From contig MU058824.1 in NCBI GenBank assembly GCA_013265495.1, forward strand, positions 5,909,245 to 5,973,244: DNA of 64,000 nt. The letters run 5' to 3'. A model generated the notes under the pieces. It had not been told where the DNA came from and ran no database searches. It saw nothing but the letters and a program-made list of their open reading frames with translations. Source of the stretch: Vicugna vicugna (lineage: Eukaryota). The position numbers and the translations under genes are program-made. Of the stretch, positions 1-12,356 are shown piece by piece (the first letter of the stretch is position 1; every line of letters begins with the position of its first letter).

Positions 1-19
1 GTAGTAATAGTGTTATGTA

Positions 20-1265
20 GTAAATACATTCTATGAGGAAAGATGTAAGGGAATCAAATGTGACAGAGGGTAGATTTTTAGATAGAGTAAGCAGAGAAAG
101 TCTCTCTGAAGATGTGACATTTGAGCATATGTGAAAGAGGTAAGGGGTGGGCCATGTAAAGTTCTTTGGAAGAGTGTTCCAGAGGGGGAAAAAAACCAGC
201 ATGTGGGAATAACCTTGGTGTGTTTGTGGAAGACAAGAAAACCATGTGTCTACAGTGCAATAAGGAAGGAGATGGGCCCAGAGAAGAGGTTGAAGAGCTA
301 TGTAGGGAGCCAGTTACATAAATCCTTGTAGGCCCTGCTAAGGAGTCTAGCATTTTTTCTTGCTGAGCACAGAAGAAACAGAACCTGATCACCAGAACCA
401 AGTTCACTTGGTTTGTGAAGACTTGACTGCGGAGTGCCAAGATGAAATGCAGGCCAGGTCGGAGACCTTGCAATGGTGGCTTGGGCAAGGTGGCTGATGC
501 AGGGGGAGGAGGAAATCAGAATCTGACAATACTTTGAAGGTATTAGATGTGGAAAATGAACAAAAGAATAGAGTACAACATAATCTTAGATTTTTGGCAT
601 GAGCAAATAGTTGAACAGTGATGCTCTTTTCTAAGATAAGGAATACTAAAGGTGGAGAAGGAAGGCTTAATGGTGAAAATCAAGACTTATGCTGTGGTCA
701 TGTTAATTTTAATATGCTTCCTAAACATCCAGGAGAGGACTGTGAAGAACAGCTAGGATAGAAAAGTCTGGAATGCATTGAAGCAGTCAGAACTGCTCTG
801 AAGAAGGGGTAGGGATGGGAGTCACTAACTGTGCCTAATGCTGATAATAGATTGAAAAGATGGGAACAAATAATTGATCACTGGCATCAGAAAAAATGAA
901 AATCCTGTTTAGAATAGTGAAAACCTTGATTGATGGGGTAATAAGGACAAAGGCCTGATTGGAGTGGCTTAGGAGAGAGCAGGAGATAAAGTGGAGATAA
1001 TGTAGTTAGACATGTCTTTTCAGCAGTTTTGCCAAAAGAGGAGCAGAGTCATGGGATAATAGCTGGAGGGGAACTTGAGCTATGATTTTTTTAAAGACAG
1101 ATATTTATGCATGTTTGTAAGTTGATGGAAATGCTTAGTAGAGAAAAAAATAGTGATGAAGGCAAAAAGACAGGATAATTGTAGAAGCAAAGTCCTTGAG
1201 TAATAGAGAAGAAACAGGAGATGGCTCTTAGAAGCAAGACAATTCATCCATTATAATAGGAAGAA
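20..1265 (-). mobile_element. L2 (LINE-2) fragment, degraded
   Basis: Antisense L2 motifs such as AGAGAAAGTCTCTCTGAAGATGTGACATTTGAGC (~93-126), TCAAGACTTATGCTGTGGTCATGTTAATTT (~680) and GAGGAGCAGAGTCATGGGATAATAGCTGGAGGGG (~1038). Ends approximate. Confidence 0.8.
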
Positions 1266-1289
1266 AGTAAATGTTCGACATTATTATGC

Positions 1290-1645
1290 AACATTATACA
1301 GCAGCGAGCATGTATGAATTCAGTGTAATGAAATAATCTCACAAACAAAATGCTGAGCAAAAGAAGCAAGCAACAGAAAAATGCACATGGTATAACCACT
1401 CAAATGAAGGTAAACAAATAATATACGGTAAAGATACAATCAAGTGAAAAACTATATTTTCAAATGGAGGAAACAGTAAACACAAAGTACAGAATAATGG
1501 TCATATTTCAGGGCAGGCTATAGAGGTAGCTTCAATTTTACTAGTAAAGTCTATTTCATAAGTTGGAGGTAGGATCATAAGTCTTAATTTTTTATGCTTC
1601 TTAACGTAACTTTATTTGTATTAAACAATATACAACAATTTAAAA
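1290..1645 (+). mobile_element. Ancient L1 (L1ME-like) 3' UTR fragment
   Basis: AATCTCACAAACAAAATGCTGAGCAAAAGAAGCAAG and the downstream GGTAGCTTC...TTTCATAAGTTGGAGG are typical of L1ME 3' ends. Confidence 0.65.
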
Positions 1646-1822
1646 GTATTCTGCTAGGATTTCAAAGTGAGTAGTCTTGGGAAGCATTCCATGTGACTCT
1701 AACACAGAGAAAGTGTCTCCACTGATTTCTCAGAGTCATTAATTTTAGAACATTGATGAAATTCTGTGCTTGTAGTAGTTGCTTAAGCCTATAGAACCTC
1801 CATCCATACTGGAAACATTTTT

Positions 1823-2562
1823 CTTTTTTTTAAATTGAAGTATAGTTGATTTACAATGCTGTGTTAGTTTATGGTGTACAGTATATTGATTCAGTCATAT
1901 ATATGTATATACATATTATTTTTCATATTGTTTTTCATTATAGGTTATTACAAGATATTGAATATAGTTCCCTGTGATATATCATACGACCTTAATGTTT
2001 ATCTATTTTATATATAGCAGCTTGTATCTGCTAATTCTAAACTCCTAATTTAGCCCTCCCCACACCCATTCCCTTTTGGTAACCATAAGTTTGTTTTCTA
2101 TGCCTGTGAGTCTGTTTCTGTTTTGTAAATAAGTTCATTTGTCTCATATTTTGGATTCCACATATAAGTGATATATTATATTTGTCTTTGTCTAACTTAC
2201 TTCACTTAGTATGATAATCTCTAGGTCCATCCACGTTGCTGCAAATGGCACTATTTCATTCTTTTTTATGGCTGAGTAGTATTCTATTGTAACATCTTCT
2301 TTATCCAATCATCTGTTGATAGACATTTAGGTTGCTTCCATGTCTTGGCTATTGTAAATAGTGCTGCTAAGAACATTGGGGTGCATGTATCTTTTCGAAT
2401 TGGAGTTTTCTCCAGATATATGCCCAGGAGTGGGATTGCTGGGTCATATGATAACTATATTTTTAGTTTTTTAAGAACTTGACATACTGTCTTCCATAGA
2501 GGCTGTACCAAATTACGTTCCCACCAGCAATACTGGAGGGTTCCCTTTTCTCCACACTCTCT
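1823..2562 (-). mobile_element. 5'-truncated artiodactyl-type L1 (3' UTR plus end of ORF2) with perfect 16-bp TSD
   Basis: T-tract followed by AATTGAAGTATAGTTGATTTACAAT (L1 3' end, antisense). TACTGGAAACATTTTT occurs at both 1807-1822 and 2563-2578. The minus-strand site reads TT|AAAAA, the L1 endonuclease consensus. Confidence 0.95.
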
Positions 2563-2819
2563 TACTGGAAACATTTTTAATACATTAAGCTTTGCTAATA
2601 TGTGTTCAATCTTACTACAAGCCTTGTATCCTTATTCCAAATCATATTTATCTGCAAAGGTCATTTTCCAGTCCTCCCACACACAGTCAGCTCTCTTTCC
2701 TTGTTAAAAGTCTGAGACAACATGGTAGTAACTATTAACCTCACTTTAAAAGTTTTGATCCTATCTAAGCTAATAGCTTCTGGCCAAGACTCAATAACAG
2801 GGTAGAAAATCTGCTTGTA

Positions 2820-3265
2820 GTAAGCCAGAAAGAGAAAGAAATATACCATATGACATCACTCATATGTGGAATCTGAAAAAAAAAAAAGAAGAAGACACTA
2901 ATGAACTCACCTATAAAACAGAAGCAGACTTGCGAATATAGTAAACAATCTATGGTTACTGGGGGAAAGGGAGTGGGAAAGGATAAGTTCGGGAGTCCGA
3001 GATTTGCAAATATTAACTATTAAATATAAAAATAGATTAAAAAAACAATTTTTTTCTGTATAGCATAAGGAACTGTATCCAGTATCCTGTAATAACCTTT
3101 AATGATAAAGAATATGAAAACATTATATATACATATATATATGTATGATTGCGACATTATGCTGTATACCAGAAATTGACACATTGTAACTGACTATACT
3201 TCAATTAAAAAAAATAAAACAAACAAACAAAAGCAAAATAAGTGCTATAGCTGAAAAAAAAAGAA
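2820..3265 (+). mobile_element. 5'-truncated young L1 3' UTR with double A-tail
   Basis: Runs GTAAGCCAGAAAGAGAAAGAAATATACCATATGACATCACTCATATGTGGAATCT to GACTATACTTCAATT plus A-rich tail. TSD AGAAAATCTGCTTGTA (2804-2819) vs AGAGAATCTGCTTATA (3266-3281), 14/16 match. Confidence 0.92.
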
Positions 3266-3399
3266 AGAGAATCTGCTTATATAAAATTAGGCAATAAATA
3301 CTCCTCTCCATTCCTTCCTTGCTTCTAACTCCAGGACGTACCTACAACTATGTTCATCAGACTTTTCAAAATGTACTGAACCAGTCCTTCATTACTCTC

Positions 3400-3730
3400 C
3401 TTCCAGGCAGTATAGTACTCATTACCTTACATACATTTTTCTATCTTTTCCCTTTTCTACTTCCTTCATCTTTGCCTAGAAAAGACCAACCCTGTTAAAC
3501 TTAACTCTTGGCCTGCTCCATGGGTGTAATAGGGACTGATCGGTAAAAACTATGCAAATAAGTGCTGATTGTCCTGTACTGATCACTCTCCTCATCTCCA
3601 AGATGACTTATTTCATACTTTACTTTCTGTACTCAAATATATTATTTTTACTAAGAGATGCAACTGGTACAATGCTTCCTACCATCAAATTTACCTACCT
3701 AACTGTTCCTTTTCCTTCTTTCCTGAGTTC
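3400..3730 (+). mobile_element. L2 internal fragment, highly degraded
   Basis: AAAGACCAACCCTGTTAAACTTAACTCTTGGCCTGCTCCATGG resembles the L2 body. Confidence 0.45.
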
Positions 3731-4403
3731 TGCCAGTTTGTGTTTCATCTTTTATTGTATCACTAATTTTTGCTTTAGTTTATACATTTCACCTTCCTGT
3801 GATTTAACACGGAATGGTTTAATCACAATTTCTATAGCCTCCTTGGTAATATTTTTTCTAGTTGTACTGTAGGCAGATGATAGATACTGTATTTTTCCAT
3901 TTTATTTATATGCTTATTTTTGCCTTATAGTATCTTTTTCTTGACAATGTGCCAATACCCTTTTCTTACTTGTCATTGAGTGAGTTAGATTTCACTGTAA
4001 GGAGTGGGAAGAGGCCAAGGTTGCCTTCCACAACTCACTACCTTTTTTGCATAGATTGCTTCCCCCACATTTGGCCACTTTGTATGACAATTTGCATAGC
4101 CTTATTTCCTAAGTTTTTTGGATATAAACTATTCAGTCCTCTGCCCCTGAGCTGTAATCAGGACATTTCCTATCCCCATTTTTGGGAAAAAAAAATGGTC
4201 AGGGAAAGATTTTGCTTTACAAAGAGGCTCCTTACCTTCTCGAATTATATTTTTTGTTGATACTTTTGCCACTGGAACTTCACTGAATATGCTATTTCTC
4301 TTTACTTCCCCTATGTGGTTTCTGCACAATTTCAGCTTTTATATGGTTTTTATTGTATGAATTATGTTTCCTACTTTTTAACAAAATGTCTTAATTTTTT
4401 TTT

Positions 4404-4424
4404 TGTGTGTGTGTGTGTGTGTGT
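4404..4424. repeat. (TG)10 microsatellite following a T-run
   Basis: Seen directly. Confidence 0.95.
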
Positions 4425-5585
4425 AAGAATAGGATTGGAATTCCCTTTGTTCCTCGTGTATGATTTTATGAAGGGAAAAACAAAGATGTTGATAGTTACA
4501 TTCATCTAAAATTGTGTTGTTATTCTTTTAGATGTCTTAATTAGATGCTAATCTTATTAATTTGTAGCCATTCTTCTCTACAAATATAGGCATTTGACAC
4601 TATATGTTTCCAAGTTTCTCTTCACTTACATCCTACAAGTTTTGAATACAATTTTTGTATAATTCAGTTAGAAGTACTTAAAATGTTTCAATATGATTGC
4701 TTTTGTCTCCTACATTATTTATAGATGTTTTACAATTTCAAATTTTTTTTTAATTTTATCTTTTTCTTATAGATTTCCAACTTAATTACACTATGATCAC
4801 AGAACACGATTCTATTCTTTGGAGACTTATCTATGGCTAATACATAGTCAAAGCTGATAAAAGTTCTACATGTGATTGAGAAAAAAGAAAACTCACACAT
4901 AATCCTGCTAGGTGCAGGGTTCTATAGATGGCTATTAAATGAAGCTTGGTACTTATGTTGCTCATCTCTTCCACATCTTTACTTGTTTCTGTCTATTTGA
5001 CCTATGAAGATTTGAGAAAGTTTTGTTAAACTTTTCCAAAAATGATGACAGATTTTTCTCCCCGTCTTCCTGTAAGATTTTTTATTTCTATATTTTTAAG
5101 CTGTATTATTAGTTTCAAGACATTGAGACTTATCTTATTCTCCTGGAAAGTGAATTCAGTACTATGTGGAGAGCCCCTTTGTCTTCATGCAATGTGTCTT
5201 TAAATACATTAAAATGAAAGAAATATAACTATCACAACTTTTTTGTATGTTCTCCTTTATTTTAAGCTGGTATCCTTTTACTTTCACCTGTTCCATATTA
5301 TTATGTTTCAGATATAGCTCTTGTTTTCCAGTGGGACAATCTCTTCTAACTAGTGATTTTGTTCCACTCACACTTATTAGGGTTACTGATATGATAAAAC
5401 TTGCTTTTAGTATCGTGTGTTATACTTTCCATTTGTCAATTTTTCCCATGTTTTTGGTTTTCACCTATTTTGGGGGAATTAATTATTTTTTTGATTTGTT
5501 TCCCCATGTGTTCCTTCCACTGGATTAGAAATCAAATGATCTGTTTCTAATTTGTTCCTTTACCCTTGAAATTTATACATTATAA

Positions 5586-5590
5586 ATATG

Positions 5591-5621
<31 letters not shown>

Positions 5622-5646
5622 CTATATATATACACACATACACATA

Positions 5647-5685
<39 letters not shown>

Positions 5686-5690
5686 TATAT
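5586..5690. repeat. Compound (TA)n/(CA)n microsatellite, two blocks
   Basis: Seen directly; it produces the IYIYIY run in ORF 5566..5949. Confidence 0.95.
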
Positions 5691-6164
5691 CTCAATGGAT
5701 TCAAAAGTAAATAAATATATTGATTTAATGTATCTCCAAAAGAATTGTAGTACTTTTGAATATACTATCTATCTACATAGTCCAATATTTTGTCCAATAC
5801 TTCTCTTTTTAATCTTAAAAATATTGAAAATATTTACCTTTAACTATGTGTTTACCAATTTCTTTGCAATGTTATCCCTTACTACGTCTGAAACTTTTTC
5901 TTATGTCATTATTATTCACCCTGAAGTACATCCTTTGAAGTTCCTTTAGAAAAGATTTGTTCATAGTAAACTACTATAGTTTCTCAGAAAAATATCTATT
6001 ATTTTCTCAGTCCTAAAAGACAGTTTTGTTGTGTTCATAATTTTAGTTTCAGTTATTACCTCTCATCCTTTTAACATATTATTCCACTGTTATTTCAATT
6101 CTGTTGTTGCTACTGAGAAGTCTTCTATGCCTAGTGGTTATTTCTTTCTGGGTAATGTCTATGG

Positions 6165-6432
6165 CTTTGTGTATATTATATGTATTTTATATATGGTACA
6201 TAGTATATTATCTGTGTGTGTATTTTGTGTTATGCATTTGTCTATGTGGTAGCCATGTATTTCGCATGTATAGTATAATCACTGACTATGTGTTGACTAT
6301 GTGTGTTACACATATTTGTGTGTTACATGTATTTGTGTGTTGTGTGCATTAAGTGTTCTGTATGAATTTATTTGTATTTTGTGTGTGTGCTATACTGTGT
6401 ATGTTGTAGTTGTGTGTGTATCTGTGTGTGTA
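6165..6432. repeat. Degenerate TG/TA-rich low-complexity tract
   Basis: About 270 bp of imperfect TGTG/TATG units. Confidence 0.85.
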
Positions 6433-7014
6433 CTAGGGGAGCTGGGTCAAATAGAGACTTTTTTTTTTTGCAGAGGCAAAAAAGGAAAGAAAATGTTGAT
6501 ATTCTAGGTACATATCTAACATTTAAGTTGCATCCATGGAGATTGCAAGTAGCATTAATAATAAGACTGAGCGTGAAGGATGAGATTTTAAATGGACTAT
6601 GCATCTGTGTGATGTGTGGGAGTGCATGCAGGCGTGCACTCACACATATAAAATGCTAGGAGTCTGAAAGCATAGGGTGGGCCATTTCACAAGGATCATT
6701 AATCTCATGGGTTCCTCTGGGCTTCCTTTTCCATAGGTCTGGTTTTTTGAGCTGGCTAAAATTGTGAAAGGTGTGGATTTCTGCCAACACATTAGCAGTC
6801 TCATCTCTGTCCTATCTGTTGTAGATGAGGGAATCAACAGTAATCAATTTCCTCCAGTGCTTTCTTCATATTGTAATAATAACTTACCATTGAATGATAA
6901 AATGATAGTTTGAAAGTGATTTTATAATCATTAATGTATTTTTCTCTATGATCCTGGAAGGAAAGGTATTTTTCAAAAAAAAATCTTGAAAAGAAAATAG
7001 AAAAGTTAATTTTA

Positions 7015-7110
7015 TTCAAAAGAGAAACTGAGGCTCAGATTAAGAAGTGTGCCTCAACATATCTGACTCTAAGTGGTAAAACTGAGATTAGAAACCACGT
7101 TTTATTATTC
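7015..7110 (-). mobile_element. MIR SINE core
   Basis: AGAGAAACTGAGGCTCAGATTAAG...GTGGTAAAACTGAGATTAGAA. Confidence 0.75.
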
Positions 7111-7299
7111 CCTAAGTGTTAGAAATACTGTAATACACTAACCAGGTAATCTTGGACACATTTTCATTAATATTTTATAACATTTGACAGTAAGGTATTT
7201 CCTTTAAATAATCCTAGACAGATTTCAATCACTTTGTGTATTAACGCTTCCTTCTCTGACAAATATAAGACCTGGCAGGAAAATATACCAAACAAAACA

Positions 7300-7957
7300 C
7301 TGTGCACATAGTGATCTCATCTTGATTCAAACCCTTATAATTAGGGTTTGTACCACTATATATACTCCACAACTTGATTTCCTTGCCCGAGTCTTGCTTT
7401 TTCTCATGCATCATTCCCAACACGGCCAGGAGTATCTTTCCAAAATGCAAATAAAATCATCTTTCTTCTCAGTTAAAACACTTTCATCTTCCCTCCATCC
7501 TAGCGAAAAATCCAGTGTCCTTAGCAGAGGCTTTAAGAAGCCTGGAGACCACCAATCTTTCTATCTTCATTTTTACTGTGCGCCACTTTCCATTCTATGC
7601 CTCAGCTATACTAAATCATTATTCAGTATTCAAACTTTCTAAACTCTTTCATGCTTCTGTAACTTGTATACAATTTTCTCTTCCCAAAGTGCCATTCAAT
7701 TTTTGGGGACTTGAAAAAGTTTTCACCATGCTCCTAAATCAAGAATTCTCTTTCTCTCTGTCTCTGTCTCTCCCTTCTATGCTATATATATTTGTCATGC
7801 TACCCAAAACAATATGTTACACTTACTTACTTACATGTATACGTACTCTTACCAGTTTAAAAGCTCCTTGAGGGCAGGAACCAAGTCAGATACAGTTCTA
7901 TATCTCTATGCCTAGCACAGGGCATGGCATATATAGTAAGTAATTAATGATTAACTG
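7300..7957 (+). mobile_element. L2 3' portion
   Basis: ATCTTTCCAAAATGCAAATAAAATCAT, then AAGCTCCTTGAGGGCAGGAACC...ATGCCTAGCACAGGGCATGGCATATA (L2 3' end). Confidence 0.8.
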
Positions 7958-7975
7958 ACCAATGTTATTAACTTT

Positions 7976-8199
7976 AAGGAGTTGGCAAAATATGACCCAC
8001 AGACCAAATACAGCCCTCTGCCTGTTCTTGTAAATAATGTTTTATTGGAACACAGACCTGCCCATTCATTTATGTAATGTCTATTTCTGCTTTTGTGCTG
8101 CAATGATAGAATTCAGTAGCTGCAAAAGAAATGGAGTGCCCCGCAAAGCCAAAAGTATTTACTATCTGGCCCTACACTGAAAAAGTTTACTGACATCTG
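7976..8199. mobile_element. MER58A-like hAT-Charlie MITE, full length
   Basis: GTTGGCAAAATATGACCCACAGACCAAAT...TTTTATTGGAACACAG...TATTTACTATCTGGCCC...AAAAAGTTTACTGACATCTG, with degenerate terminal inverted repeats. Confidence 0.88.
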
Positions 8200-9899
8200 G
8201 CTTAGATAATCTCTAAGAATGTTAGAGTACTGCCTTAATTATGTAGCTTCTAACATTATGAGTTTTTTTTAAATCACATATAAAGCAAGAAACATATTTA
8301 GAATTTATTGCATTTTACTCACTAAAGTATCAGAAATTTTTCATTAATGGTGTTTAATTTTTTTGTTGCAGTTTAAATCTGTGTCATCTCAATGGTGTGT
8401 GGTTCAGATAGCAAAAAACTAAACTGCCAGGTAAATATGGATAAATGTTTCACAATGAAAAATACATAATATATCCTTTATTCAGAAATATTTAAGGGAT
8501 AATGGATATTTGAGTTTGCAAGAAATATAAAAGTATATCTGAAAACCTTTAAACACCATTTGGATAAAGAATTAATCAAATATCTGGATAAATTCCAGTC
8601 ACATCAGAGAGAATGTATTCTTGTAGTTTAAAGTCAGCTTACTAAATCATGAATTTAATTTTTAATATGGAGACCAATTTTTTCTGCAAAATGACTGATA
8701 ATTTTGTAAAGTGATGCTCTCTTCTTTTCTTTAGTAAGAGTAATATTTCATACCTTGATATATTTCTAATTTCCTTTGAATCACAATCTTGGTTTTATTA
8801 TTATCAAGTAAATGTATCCCTCAATGATAGTCTTACTCAGAAAATGTATACCTTGTTAGCCTTCATGAGGCTTAATTATGTTGAATGATACTGTATTAAG
8901 CATTTCTTTATATTACACTCAGAAATGGAGGGGAGGATTCTAGAAGGATAAAGAAGATAAGCTCATTATTTTCCCTTGTTTTGTAAATAATGTTACTTTT
9001 ATTAGTGTATTAAACCCTGTCATTGTTTCCTAAAATTCATAATCCTCCCATCTTGTGTCAGCTACTGTAAACATGCTGAGTGTTATTTATTTAATTAAAA
9101 TAAGCTTAACATAAATTATCTTTGGGAATTTTTAAACAGGTCTTCATATCTGTTAAGCTAATTGGAGGTATGCTAGGGTATCATAAAACCAAGGTTAAGA
9201 GTCACTTAAACGTTGAACCTATGACATATACCATTCACTCTAATTGCCACTAATTTAAATATCTTCTTGAACAAAGAATATATTCTCTGTCATTAAGCCC
9301 AAATATGTGCTTTCCTGACACTTCATCTGTTATGTAGGAAGCATAATAATGATAATAATAATTATAATGATGATTAAAAACAATAATAACCAAATAGCAA
9401 ACAAAATTCAAACCCAGAACATTTCAAGGTATTACTTACACAGTGCTAAAAAATTATCATATTATATGTATCATCAAAATGCAAGTAAACATAAATGATA
9501 AATGAGATAATCAGTATGTATATGTGCCACACAATACTGTGGTAGTGTATAGAGACAAGAAGTAGTACCTGAGGGTAGTCATCATTTATTCTGAAATTTC
9601 TCCTGTTTTCCCATGATAATGAAGTATTTATATTTAACAACCAACAAAGAGAGAGACAAGATTTTTCACTGCTATTTTCTAAAATATAGGCTCACTAAAA
9701 GGTTATATCAAGGAAAACTTCAATATGAAGCCTTTCAATGGTTTGGTTCATTAATGTGGGAAACCTCAAATTTTTTGGCAAAAGGATTTCTTCTATAAAG
9801 ACATGCCCAGACTAATATTTTAGCCATGTTATGCAGGTCAAAATACGATGAAGATTTTTTTTATATTGGTTATATAGAGAGCAGAACAAACATCTATTC

Positions 9900-12070
9900 A
9901 AATTTCAAATTTTTTATATCATTACTCATTTTTATTGATTATTTCATTAATTTATGAGAGAGATGTGTTAAAGTCTCTTTAACTGTGGTTTGGTCTCTAC
10001 GGTTCTGTCATTTCTTGCTTTATATATTTTGGGAATGTTACTTGGTGCATATAAATTTAAAATTCTATCTTCCTGTTCTATTAAATTTTTATCAACGTTA
10101 AATGTCTCTCTTTATCTATAGTTACGCTTCTTATACTAAAATCTACCTTTTGGATTCTGATATGGTTACACTTTATTTTCTTTTGGTTACTGTTTGCATG
10201 GTATATATCTTTCCATTCTTTTACTTTCCATCATATAGTGTCATTATATTTAAGCTATGCCTCTTATAAGCAACATTGTTTAACTCAATTTGAAAAATAC
10301 TTATATTACATTTACTATAATTACAGATATATTTAGGTTAGTATCTATCATCTTATTATTTTTTTTCTATTTGTCCACATATTTTATATTCTTTTATACT
10401 CTTTCCTTGCTTTTCTTCTACTGGATTAATCCATATTTTTGTTATTCAATTTTCCTCATCTAATAATTACATAATTATAATACAATCTTTCACTATTACT
10501 GTAATGGCTTCTCTACAGATTGACACATAGCTTTCATTTATGTCAGTCTAATATAAATTATTAATTTTACCAGTTCCCAGACAATGTCAGAGTCTTGGAA
10601 CATTTCAACTCCATTTGTCCCCCTACCCTTTTCTTTAATGTTGTCATGTATTTTAATTTTGCAATAGACTTAGACCCCCAAATGACAGTAGTGTTGTTCT
10701 GTTCAAATGATATTAATGTACACCTGTCCACATATTTTCACTTTCTCTTACTCTTCATCCCTTTTTTTCTGTTTCAATTTGAAATTTTCTTCTTGAAGAT
10801 CTCCTTTTGTATTTCAATCAAGAGGTTAAAAATTTCAGTTTTGTGTGTTTGTAAATATCTTTATGTTGCTATCATTTTCAATGAGTATAAAATTCTAGGT
10901 TGGCAGAATGTATTTCCCCAGCATGTCAAAGATAACCATCACATTATTTTTCAGCTTCCACTGTTTCTGTTAAAAAGTCAGTGAACAGTCTTATTGTTGT
11001 TTCTTTTAAAGTTATGTGCCTCTTTCCCCTCTAGTTGCCATTGATATCATCTCTTTGCCTTTAGTCTTCAATAATTTCAATAAGATGTGGTAGGTGTAGT
11101 TTTATTTGTATTTATTTTGGTTTGGATTCGTAGTACTTTTTAAATTGGTGGCTTAGGTGTCTTCATCAGATTTGGAAAATTCTCAGCCAATTATCTCCCT
11201 TATATATTGCTTCTGCCTATTCCCCTTCTCCTCTTCTAGGACTCAAATTATATCTATGTTAGACATTTTTATCGTGTCTCATATGTCTCTTACTATTTTT
11301 CTATAGTTTTCATTCTTTATTCCTCTCCATGCTTCAGTCTGAGTATTTTCTAATGATCTATTCTCACTAAGTAATGCTTTCTTTTTCAAATTATTCCAAA
11401 CTGCTATTAAACTTATCATTAGGTTCTTAAATTTTATTATTGCATTTTTCAATTCTATAGTTGTCATTTGGTTTTTAGTAAGTTCCATTTCTTTGATGCA
11501 TATTCCACTTTGTCATTTTTTTTCCAGCATTTTAATCTTAAGTTATTTAAATGTGTGTATTTGGTAACACCAATAAATTGTTCAGTTGCCTTTTCTCTTG
11601 AGTTCCTTTTTGGAATGCGTGGTAATTTTCTTGAATGCTAAATATTTTGTATTAATAATTGTAGAGGTTCTAGATGATTTTATCTTACTCCAGTGAGCTT
11701 TTACTCTACTCTCTGGATAATTACCTTAATCTAGTCAGGAGTCAAGACTGGGTTGCCGTTTTTATAAACCTTGGTCTACTTCTGGTTCACACTTATTCTT
11801 AGGATATATTCTTAGGATATAGTTCTTATTTTTAGGATATAGTTCCTAGGATATATTCTTGGGATATAGTTCTTTAGGGGCCCAACTGTGCCTGACAGAT
11901 GCTGAACTTAAATTTTTATTTCCTCAAAACCATGAAACTGCTAAATATTCCTCTCTGTTTTTCAGTAGTTTTCTGCTTAGTTTCTTAGCCTCTTTCTCTA
12001 TGTTACTTAAGAATTCAGAACCATGAAGTATATGACACTTCTTTATGCCATGCTTATCTCCAAGATTTCA
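9900..12070 (-). mobile_element. Ancient L1 5' half (5' UTR, ORF1, ORF2 endonuclease start)
   Basis: Antisense EN region (GAGAGAGATGTGTTAAAGTCTC). ORF 11279..11488 (-) ELTKNQMTTIELKNAIIKFKN...ENRSLENTQTE matches the L1 ORF1p coiled coil. Also TTTGGAAAATTCTCAGCCA. Confidence 0.85.
11796..11877. repeat. Minisatellite of 13/14-bp units TTCTTAGGATATA(G)
   Basis: Five full units and two partial units, seen directly. Confidence 0.9.
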
Positions 12071-12099
12071 GTTCCTCAGTTCTGAATGACCTTGGCAGT

Positions 12100-12356
12100 G
12101 GCAGCATTCCTCTATGATCACAATTCCTATTGGGCATACCCACCTTCCCATTTCTGGAAACATCATTCCTTCCATTTGCCCATTCAGACTTAGAAGTGGT
12201 AGTGGCTTTCCATTGTTGCTAGTCTCAAGATGCATCACCCTCTGTTGTTGGTCACTTTAATCATGCCCATGCCTTTTAGATACTGTCTTCATTAAAATAT
12301 CTTCACCTAAAGCTACAGAGGAGGATATCCTTTGCCTTTCGTGCCTGATTAGTACA
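12100..12356 (+). mobile_element. ERVL solo LTR 3' part (LTR33-like)
   Basis: CCCATTCAGACTTAGAAGTGGTAGTGGCTTTCCATTGTTGCTAGTC...CTTCATTAAA...CCTGATTAGTACA terminus. Confidence 0.7.

Larger units (their letters stand above)
3800..6150 (-). mobile_element. Ancient L1M ORF2/ORF1-region fragments
   Basis: T-rich antisense L1 motifs: TTTCCAACTTAATTACACTATGATCACAGAAC (~4775) and AAAAGACAGTTTTGTTGTGTTCATAATTTTAG...TTATTCCACTG (~6015-6090). ORF 5162..5371 (-) has the EN-like remnant LKHNNMEQVKVKGY. Confidence 0.7.

Noticed and set aside
6612..6647. Hairpin ATGTGTGGGAGTGCATGC...GCGTGCACTCACACAT as a pre-miRNA
   Set aside because: Too short, with a tiny loop, and explained by alternating purine-pyrimidine content. 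The same applies to ~26625-26670 and ~51549-51605.
5566..6659. Overlapping hydrophobic ORFs resembling membrane proteins
   Set aside because: Produced by the (TA)n/(CA)n and TG-rich low-complexity sequence.
11796..11877. CRISPR-like array
   Set aside because: Head-to-tail repeats without unique spacers, in mammalian DNA.
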